NCBI GenBank assembly: GCA_046483785.1
Contig: JAWOCN010000095.1
Coordinates: 1-37,973 of the forward strand
DNA length: 37,973 nucleotides
Source of the DNA: Opitutales bacterium
GTDB lineage: Bacteria > Verrucomicrobiota > Verrucomicrobiia > Opitutales > Coraliomargaritaceae
Direction of reading: 5' to 3'
A model generated the notes under the pieces. That model saw only the letters and a program-made list of their open reading frames with translations, did not search any database and was not told where the DNA came from. The position numbers and the translations under genes are program-made. Positions within the stretch are counted from its first letter, which is position 1. Each line of letters starts with the position of its first letter. This document shows positions 31,501 to 37,973 of the stretch, in pieces.

Positions 31501-34500
31501 GCCGACACCTGCAGATTGGGCAACTCGGTGACAGTGAGTTGATCGACCCAGCCCCGGTCGGCACCATCCGAACCTTGCCCATCCTTCACATAGGCCCAGG
31601 TCAATGTGTGAGGGCCGGCATCGAGAACAACTTCCACGCGGCGCCATTCATCTTCTTCTGTCCCGAAAATAGCGGGTGTTTCCTCTGTGCCATCGACAAG
31701 GAAAGCGAGGACGTCACGTTGCCCGCTTTCCGGATCATCCTCCGAGCTGACCTTCCACCAAAAGGAAACCCGGACAGGGACAGTGGGTTCCAAATTGACA
31801 CTAAACTTGGAAGTTTCGTTGTTTCCGACTTTCACATTGGTTGCCGCATGCGACGCATCGAAGCTCGTGGTTGACTGGCCGACCCAGGGGATATTTTTGC
31901 TGTCATAGGGAGCCTGCTGGTCATTGGTGAAGGTGATATCTAGATCACTCACCTTACTATCACTCACATCGAGCGCGTCCTGCAGAGTGAATTCGCTCAG
32001 GATAAGATCATTGTTAAACTGGTAGAAGCTATTGTTGTCTTCGAACAATTCAGTGACCGCATCCGTACTGTCCGCCAGCACACCGAAGAATAAGCGCTCG
32101 CCGATAAAGCCTTCACTAACAATATTCTGGCGGAAATCCGCATTATCCGGGCTGATTGTCCGCTCATTGGCTCCAGAGCCGCTCGCACCGAGGCCACCAT
32201 CGTAGATATACTCGAGGAAGGTATAGTCTTCTTCCGAATCCAGCGCCTGATCCCGTGATAAGAGCGCCTGGACTTCGAAAGCATCATTGATTGAACCGAG
32301 CCCCAAATTTTCCAAAGTAAAGTCAAACGGTAGATTGTTGGGTTCGCTGTAGTTTGTCGCCGGATCATTGATAAAGTAGTAGTTGGGCGTTACCGCCAGA
32401 CCCGCTACTTTGATGTCCGGCAAGGCGACAATTTCTACCAAAGCTGCATCACTAACGAAGACATTGTTTTCTTCCCCCGGAAACGGGTCCGTGCCGACCA
32501 AACCGGTGAATTCCGCTATCTCGCCGGAACCAGAAGTCTTTCCGGGAAGAAGGGCACCCGACGCGTCAGTGTAATCATCTATATAACCGATCACATAATA
32601 AGGCCCAGGCTCGATGGCTAGATCCAAATTAATGGAAAAACCGTTGACTGCGGAATCACCGCTGGCGATTCCGTCGGTGACCACCTGCTGCCGGATCAGA
32701 ATATCGTCAGGAGTGAGGGGGTCGCCGTCGGGACGGTCGAAAGTTGGATCCGGCGAAAGGTAGACCGAGATCACGTATTCCTCGCCAGGCGCAGTCGAAC
32801 TGCCTTGGTTGCGGCTGTTCAGGGTCAGGTCGAGACGGTCCCGTTGCAACACGTAAGTCCCGGCGGCATCGTCAGAGAGGTAGATATCGTCGATGACCAG
32901 ATCTGGTTCGGTGATTTCAGTAAACTGAAGGTTGTCGACGTAAACCGTATCTCCCTGCCCTTCTACCCCTTGGGTGTAGGCCCACTCCGCCAACGCATTC
33001 TCCGGAATGACCCGCGAAATATTTTCAACCCAGCCACTGGTATTACCGAAGATCGTGTTGTTGTTGCCTCCGGTCGTCCCGTTGACCACGCGGAAACTCA
33101 ATTGGTTCTCCTGACTGCTGGTATTGGCGCTCCAATCAAAACTAATGGCAACCGGGGCGGAGAAGGATGTGCTGAAGGATGCCGTCTCACCCGCGCCCAA
33201 GTTAGGACTTTGAGCCGCATCGACGCCATCATTCGAAAAGAAAGCCTGCCCGAACCAATCGCCGTCGCCTTCGGTCGTGAAGGTGAGCGTCCCATCCTGA
33301 TCGACTGCCTCGGCGAGGGTTAATCCGGCGATCGCAATTTGGGAAGCTGTGAAGGCGGCGTTGTTCGCCTCGCCGTCGGGCTGAACGACCACGTTATTGT
33401 CGTCAAGCAGTTCAGGTTGTTCCGCTACTGCTTCGTTGATATCCAGTTGGACGCCCACGAAGTAAGGATCTGCAGGCATGAAAGGTGTTTCATAACTGAA
33501 AGACAGGGCAGTCGGAATGGTGTCCCCCGCCTCCAGGTCGGCTGCGAGCACGACAGGCTCTTCCGCTTCCAATTCCACAATCCCGGAATTTGTCGTGCTA
33601 CGTTCCGGAGAAAGGAAGAAGCGCACATCAAAAGTGCTACCGGCCGGAAGCGTGCCATTACCGGCATTCTCAATCAGAAGCTCAACATCGATGGTATCCC
33701 CGCTTCCCGGATCGTAAGTTCCGCCACTGGGCGCACTTGTTACGGTCAGGCCGCTGGAGGGAACGACCAGATCGGGCAAGAAATTAAAGGTCGTGTCTGT
33801 CGCCGCGTCGTTATTGCTCTCGCTGTTCTCGGTGACTACGTCAGCGGAATCCGCCCGGAGAACCAAATAGTAACTACCTTGTGGAATATTGGTGGGTAAT
33901 TCAATTTCCACATCGATACTGCGGGCCTGATCGGGAGCAAAATCGTCTTTCACTTCAATGCTGGATAAGCCGCCGTTAAAATCTAATTCTACCCCCCCAA
34001 ATGAGGGTGCTGTATTCAAACGAGCCTCAAGGTCAAAGTCGGTGGCCACGGTGCCTGTACCAATATTCTGAATCTCAAAAGACACGCTTATCGTATTTCC
34101 GGCCGCAATATCAATGGCCTGCTCATTGACTGTGACTGAAAGCGCCTCCAAGTCAGCCTCACCAAATTGAGAGGTGTCAAAAAAATCCTGACCTGTATCC
34201 AAAGTACTGTCGATGAAGCCGTTAGCCAACTGACCGGCATCGTTGCGCCCTGCTGTTAGCAGAAAACCACTTGTGTCAATGATAGCAGAAAACCCATCCC
34301 CCGAAGCAATCGCGAGGAAAGTAGCCGGGGACTCCAAGAGAGTAGGAAACACTTTTCTTGTATTCTCAGAGATTAGCTTCCCTGCACCGTCGAATAAAGG
34401 CAGCCCCAATTGCCCATCAGGATAGTTCGATCCCCATCCGTAAAGTGTGCCATCTGCTTTCAAAGCAAGGGCATGCGCATTCCCATCACCCAGCGAGGTG

Positions 34501-35411
34501 CTTTGAGACACGTAGGCCCAGTCCGTGCCAGTGCCGACGCGCCTTGGTGTTTCGACGAGTGAATCATTGAAACCGAGATTACCGCCACTGCCCCAGACCC
34601 AAAGTTGCCCTGCCTCGGCCTGGGTATTCTTGAGTGCGAAGGTGGCACGGTAGCCACCAAACAAATCAGTCCACCCGGCACCCGTTCCCACTTGGGTTAA
34701 CTCAACCGGCCCGATGGGATAGGATCCATCGACGAGTATCCCCAATTCGGGGCCACCATTTGTTTCGGAGCCTCCACTACCCCAGGCCCAAAGCGTCGTA
34801 TCATCCCGGATGGCATGCGAATGAGCATTTCCAGCCGCAATTGAGGTGTAACTATTGGAATCGATTGGTGCACTTGGCACGCTGGTCCTGATATCTTGAG
34901 CAGGATTGTTGTAAACCGGCGCGACATTCAATTGTCCGTAGCTGTTATCGCCCCAAGCATAGACAGCTCCAGAGTTTTCCCTTGCTATTGAGTGTTGCGC
35001 ACCAGCAGCCACTTCAACCCAGTCCGAGGCACTACTGATCTGAACCGGATCGGAGCGATCCTCTTGGTCCCCTATACCTAACTGCCCCCGGGCATTACTG
35101 CCAAAAGACCAAAGAGTGCCATCGTTCGCAATCAGAAGAATATGCGCCTCAGTGGAGGCCGTGCGACTCACACTGACTTCACGCCAATTGCCGTCAACTC
35201 GTTGCATACCTCCGCTGCCATCAGTAATCGCGCCCCAAAGAAACAGATTACCTTCCGCATCAATTACGGCACCAAAATCATCGCCTGTCGAAATTCGATA
35301 GTTCGTTTGAGCATTAACCGTTTGCCCTAACACTAGAACGCTGATGACAAGTAACGCGAACAATGTCTTTAGGTTTATTTGTCGGGCTCTATTATGTGAA
35401 AGTGCTTTCAT
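28578..35411 (-). CDS. Giant secreted modular surface protein (RCC1-repeat propeller, 8 CARDB-like domains, 3 beta-sandwich repeats, C-terminal domain)
   Basis: Signal peptide ending VNA-Q; repeats such as DGTLWSFGSNARGQLG; repeated PDL.V...NxG...YY....D....V.E..E.NN; start at MKALS inferred. Confidence 0.8.
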   Translation of the reverse strand: MKALSHNRARQINLKTLFALLVISVLVLGQTVNAQTNYRISTGDDFGAVIDAEGNLFLWGAITDGSGGMQRVDGNWREVSVSRTASTEAHILLIANDGTLWSFGSNARGQLGIGDQEDRSDPVQISSASDWVEVAAGAQHSIARENSGAVYAWGDNSYGQLNVAPVYNNPAQDIRTSVPSAPIDSNSYTSIAAGNAHSHAIRDDTTLWAWGSGGSETNGGPELGILVDGSYPIGPVELTQVGTGAGWTDLFGGYRATFALKNTQAEAGQLWVWGSGGNLGFNDSLVETPRRVGTGTDWAYVSQSTSLGDGNAHALALKADGTLYGWGSNYPDGQLGLPLFDGAGKLISENTRKVFPTLLESPATFLAIASGDGFSAIIDTSGFLLTAGRNDAGQLANGFIDSTLDTGQDFFDTSQFGEADLEALSVTVNEQAIDIAAGNTISVSFEIQNIGTGTVATDFDLEARLNTAPSFGGVELDFNGGLSSIEVKDDFAPDQARSIDVEIELPTNIPQGSYYLVLRADSADVVTENSESNNDAATDTTFNFLPDLVVPSSGLTVTSAPSGGTYDPGSGDTIDVELLIENAGNGTLPAGSTFDVRFFLSPERSTTNSGIVELEAEEPVVLAADLEAGDTIPTALSFSYETPFMPADPYFVGVQLDINEAVAEQPELLDDNNVVVQPDGEANNAAFTASQIAIAGLTLAEAVDQDGTLTFTTEGDGDWFGQAFFSNDGVDAAQSPNLGAGETASFSTSFSAPVAISFDWSANTSSQENQLSFRVVNGTTGGNNNTIFGNTSGWVENISRVIPENALAEWAYTQGVEGQGDTVYVDNLQFTEITEPDLVIDDIYLSDDAAGTYVLQRDRLDLTLNSRNQGSSTAPGEEYVISVYLSPDPTFDRPDGDPLTPDDILIRQQVVTDGIASGDSAVNGFSINLDLAIEPGPYYVIGYIDDYTDASGALLPGKTSGSGEIAEFTGLVGTDPFPGEENNVFVSDAALVEIVALPDIKVAGLAVTPNYYFINDPATNYSEPNNLPFDFTLENLGLGSINDAFEVQALLSRDQALDSEEDYTFLEYIYDGGLGASGSGANERTISPDNADFRQNIVSEGFIGERLFFGVLADSTDAVTELFEDNNSFYQFNNDLILSEFTLQDALDVSDSKVSDLDITFTNDQQAPYDSKNIPWVGQSTTSFDASHAATNVKVGNNETSKFSVNLEPTVPVRVSFWWKVSSEDDPESGQRDVLAFLVDGTEETPAIFGTEEDEWRRVEVVLDAGPHTLTWAYVKDGQGSDGADRGWVDQLTVTELPNLQVSAVSVDGSVSYQAGDTINTWSVDIVNAGEAIEPGAAFDVQVRLLPDADWAETAAVTLLTITDDTGIGEGESRSYSNSTINAYTTSPGTADSLTLPAADYDLEYYYLGAYVDWSAADPSSGRISESNETEVDNSKFTEEASIQIGRPDLFGDASSINFFDMPYDFGDSVDIDLTLSNIGDGVLSSGSNFDYQVYLARTDEENDLSSSSSVLLGSGSVAVSSDVASGDSLSPVMFSAPLPYGLANADYFIGVVVDTDNDVSEQGLAPDGTGTNGEANNVFFSSSAILEVSGISLYEALNDGTSNIAFEDGDAVALTPGVPFISQNPDSDALWFGRDNSGNTGVDDNFMFTDGDGAQAPELQQGEFAEFSLTVPTSSLVRFDWRVFSGSDQNVLSVLVDDVEVASISGDVAMAEIDPAVLVPDDGTVTWRYTKGAATSDDFAYIDDLRIEDNNEPDLVLTSLNYTAGEYILDVEGIAGAPDQLLGTEYLDITVEATNQGESVTSTNFTTADMEVRLSTDRVYGNGNDIVLGTVSQVEGDLLSGNLIRFIGPIKLGDSIPEDNYYLIAKIDSNEEVTEFSESNNIVISENRDVVVTHLPALRIYNPDASLVDEGSDGETNHLDPREGGAIAFDVDEAQFYNTESPMRLRFSVQNIGLGRIEAGESWTIKIDLVGALREDLADAQFPDPDVDAFFDAFDLSVNLGDFTVQELMEGRSEERPEGKVLDFDVELALPSGARFAALLPEDRVISEYLWCIEVDLDANDDIAQSAIVRESPARVIPSGLPWRILDPFEGLLSDISQINTDADEGAFGINVQPEIVSEADWEALYGITADETGTPSEVSNFLAYAFNRNPTDTDTTGGQFPGSYGVVEEQGAEFFSVTFDFVTRASDLEYTIEADSDVNFPNPDVLLTITPPFTESVGSASLTGDGGLIEEANVLNVLDQGYSARITVRDNTDVAGSPTRFIRVVVDSVETTEVP

Positions 35412-35450
35412 GGTTGTCCTTTTGTTGGCAGCGATTCGCACCGGCGTTGA

Positions 35451-37361
35451 TTATTTACGCTCACTGGCACGCTCTTTATCAGCTTGTTCCTGGGCGTATT
35501 TGATGCGCTTGATGCGCGACTCGGCCTCTTCGATCGCTTCGCTTCTTTCCTTATCGCTGCGGTAGCCCTCCAGTTGTTGAAGAAGCTCCTTCTGTTCCTC
35601 GGGCACTTTGTAGCCGGGAACGTCCGAAGGGCTGATCCCCATCTCATCGAGCTTACGCGGATCCACCACATCACGGTAGGTGCTGCCATCCGGGTTCAGT
35701 GTTCTCGCTGTAATGAAAATGATCAGGTTTCTCTGGGACATTTCATCCGAATCGCTCCGAAACAAGCGCCCCACTCCGGGCAGATCACCGAGGACCGGCA
35801 CCTTTGTCCCATTTTTCTGCACTTCATTCTGAGTCAAGCCACCCAGAGCCAGGGTAAAGCCGTCTTTAATAACGACATTCGTCTCGGCTTTACGCACATC
35901 AATGATCGGTTGAGGACCAAGCTGTGTTTCCTGTATCCCCACCTGGTTCGATACTTCCGGGACCACTTTGAGGTTAATAAAACCAGCGTCATTTACCTGG
36001 GGCGTCACTTCGATCATGGTGCCGAAGCTCAAGGGATCGGCGAGGCCCTGGGCCTCCCGCGTCCCCGTCTCCGGATTGAAATTGAATTCGATTTGGGGCA
36101 CCTCGCGAACAATGTCGATGCGAGCGAGCTGATTATCCATCGTCACGACCGTGGGGTTGGCCACCAACTCCGAATCGTTATCCTGATTGAGCGCTGAGAT
36201 GAGCACGTCAAATTCCGATGCTGAGAAGACCGCTGTATCCAAACGCGAAGTCGATGCGACTCTGGCAACATCTTCGGCGAAGGTCGTGGAGTCCTCGAAG
36301 GTCACACCTTGGTCGGAACTAAAGCCGGAATTGTCGACTGTGCCGGAATCTGTTGTGGTCGCTTGGCTACGCTCCCGGCTCCAATCTCGTTGAAACGGGC
36401 CTGCCGATGCCCGGTAGCCTTCGAGAAACGCCCAGTTTACACCCACATTTTTCGAATCAGCGTTAGTCACTTCCACAAATTTTGATTCAATCATCACCTG
36501 CGCGGTCGGTTTGTCGAGGCGCTCGATGATCTCCTGAATTTTATTCATCCGGGAGGGGCGCTCGGTGATGACGAGGGCGTTACTTCGGCTATCGACTTTG
36601 ATCTGGCCTCCGGCCGCGGAATCAATCAACGGCGCGATCGAGCCTTGAATTTCCGCGGCGCGGGCGAAGCTCACCACGAAAACGCGGGTATCGACCGGCT
36701 CGGTGGTGATGTCTTCGATACTCTTGATACGAATAATATTGCGATCCTCCACGTAGGTAAAGCCCAGGGGTTCGAGCACCACCTCGAAGACCTGCCGCCA
36801 GGTGATATTACGGAGCTTGACGGAGGTGCGGCCTTGCAGGGTATCGGGAATCACGAGATTGAGGTCGAATAGATCGGCGACATTGCGCAGGATGGTGCGC
36901 ACATCCTCGTCCGGGAAGTCCACGGAAATAGTTTCCTCACTTGTCATGCTGGCCTCGCCGGGCGACTGGTCCTGATCCTCCGAGCCGGGGACCTCCAGAA
37001 CAACCTCATCTTCATCAGTCAGCTCCTCGCTGGCCTCCGGAATCGCCGGGGCCTCGACATCCACGCTGGCACCCTCGACCTCGTTTTCGGGTATTTCGAC
37101 GACAGCGGCCGGCTCCTCCTCATTTACAGTCGGCTCCTCTTCCTCCTCATTTGCAGTCGGCTCCTCTTCCTCCTCATTTACAGTCGGCTCCTCCTCATTT
37201 ACGCTCGGCTCCTCTTCCTCAGTTACGGTCGGCTCGGGCTCGGCATCCTCGATCACGACAACATCGGACATATCGATCTCGTCGTCATTCTGGGCCTGCG
37301 CCTGGACCCATACCAGAGAAGATACGGCCAGGAAGATAAGTGGGATTAGGTGCTGTTTCAT
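35451..37361 (-). CDS. pilQ: Outer-membrane secretin (PilQ/GspD family)
   Basis: Signal peptide MKQHLIPL..AQA; N0 ISVDFPDEDVR; N3 VDSRSNALVIT..LDKPTAQVMIE; secretin NPTVVTMDNQ, VTPQV, LGGL, KVPVLGDLPGVGRLFRS. Confidence 0.9.
   Translation of the reverse strand: MKQHLIPLIFLAVSSLVWVQAQAQNDDEIDMSDVVVIEDAEPEPTVTEEEEPSVNEEEPTVNEEEEEPTANEEEEEPTVNEEEPAAVVEIPENEVEGASVDVEAPAIPEASEELTDEDEVVLEVPGSEDQDQSPGEASMTSEETISVDFPDEDVRTILRNVADLFDLNLVIPDTLQGRTSVKLRNITWRQVFEVVLEPLGFTYVEDRNIIRIKSIEDITTEPVDTRVFVVSFARAAEIQGSIAPLIDSAAGGQIKVDSRSNALVITERPSRMNKIQEIIERLDKPTAQVMIESKFVEVTNADSKNVGVNWAFLEGYRASAGPFQRDWSRERSQATTTDSGTVDNSGFSSDQGVTFEDSTTFAEDVARVASTSRLDTAVFSASEFDVLISALNQDNDSELVANPTVVTMDNQLARIDIVREVPQIEFNFNPETGTREAQGLADPLSFGTMIEVTPQVNDAGFINLKVVPEVSNQVGIQETQLGPQPIIDVRKAETNVVIKDGFTLALGGLTQNEVQKNGTKVPVLGDLPGVGRLFRSDSDEMSQRNLIIFITARTLNPDGSTYRDVVDPRKLDEMGISPSDVPGYKVPEEQKELLQQLEGYRSDKERSEAIEEAESRIKRIKYAQEQADKERASERK
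37111..37230 (-). repeat. Coding VNTR in the secretin N-terminus (EEE(EE)PTVN units)
   Basis: Five units of 21, 27, 27, 21 and 24 bp, each beginning GGCTCCTC on the + strand. Confidence 0.9.
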
Positions 37362-37410
37362 AGGAAGGTGGGGGGTTGGAAAGGTGCGGGAGCTGTGTGA
37401 ACGGTCTGAA

Positions 37411-37973
37411 TTATGGGTTCGTAAACTGGATCGAATTGGAATTGGGCTTACCGTTAAAATTGAACTGCCCGGTCGCTTCACCGATCTGAAGCGTATAGCC
37501 TTCAGAGGTGATTTCGGTAATTGTGAGCGTGAAAGTCTGGTCCTTCGCCCGGGGCAGGCGGACCGGAAAACTGGTCCCGGTCTTGAGCAAAGCGCCGCCT
37601 TCCAGCTGCAAAAAGCTGGAATCGCCGCGAACGATCGAGCCTCTGACTTTTTTAGCAAAACTGGCTGCGGCCAAGGCGAGGACCTCGGCATCCTCGTAAA
37701 CAACAGCGGGGGGCTCGGGCTCTTCCTCGACTGCCGTATCATCCGCCACGACAGGCACCACCGGAGTTGAGGCTTTAAAGGCAAAAGGATCGGGCAAATC
37801 CGCGAGCGAAGACAGGAAGTCATCCGTTTTCGGCGCGAGAACATCCCTGCCCACTTCCAGCACCGTCTCACGGGTTTCAATCCTCAGGACGAGATCCTTG
37901 CGGCCGGCTAAATTGATCGCCGACTCAAATGCATTGAGTGAACCATGCATAAGCGCGACGAGCAGCGCAGCGG
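37411..37973 (-). CDS. Partial gene (5' end outside window), possibly PilP/GspC-like alignment protein
   Basis: Frame open to the window edge with hydrophobic AALLVAL; DPFAF + Pro/Glu linker + beta-rich C-terminal domain; directly upstream of the secretin. Confidence 0.5.
   Translation of the reverse strand, partial: AALLVALMHGSLNAFESAINLAGRKDLVLRIETRETVLEVGRDVLAPKTDDFLSSLADLPDPFAFKASTPVVPVVADDTAVEEEPEPPAVVYEDAEVLALAAASFAKKVRGSIVRGDSSFLQLEGGALLKTGTSFPVRLPRAKDQTFTLTITEITSEGYTLQIGEATGQFNFNGKPNSNSIQFTNP

Noticed and set aside
37111-37230. Possible CRISPR-like repeats
   Set aside because: In-frame coding tandem repeat without spacers
37362-37880. 173-aa N-terminal extension of the secretin ORF (and similar extensions on add, pilC, FGE, cbiX, pal)
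   Set aside because: Several overlap neighbouring genes, and downstream ATGs give proper signal peptides or family-typical N-termini

Overview
A 38-kb GC-rich bacterial chromosomal window, mostly housekeeping. Gene content and the lack of Shine-Dalgarno motifs suggest Verrucomicrobiota, probably Opitutales (inference). It holds two type IV filament (T4P/T2SS-like) loci on the minus strand. One is coaE-rho-pilB1-pilT-pilB2-pilC, with two extension ATPases and a comM/yifB gene nearby. The other runs from a truncated PilP/GspC-like gene through a PilQ-like secretin to a ~2280-aa secreted protein. That protein has an RCC1 propeller, eight CARDB-like Ig domains in pairs, three interleaved beta-sandwich repeats and a putative C-terminal sorting domain. 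Other genes: adenosine deaminase, ABC-F ATPase, FGE/SUMF1, tRNA-Ser(UGA), NarL-type regulator, CbiX-like chelatase, Pal/OmpA, SDR, dps, nadA, MFS, rpiB, clpP, gamma-CA, feoAB plus a small Cys-rich peptide behind a Fur-like box, rhomboid and an AsmA-like protein. Intergenic spaces contain several small palindromic elements: GTAG-type REPs, a heptamer-array hairpin and a MITE-like element with 15-bp terminal inverted repeats. No CRISPR, integrase or transposase was seen. All calls come from reading motifs by eye, without database searches.
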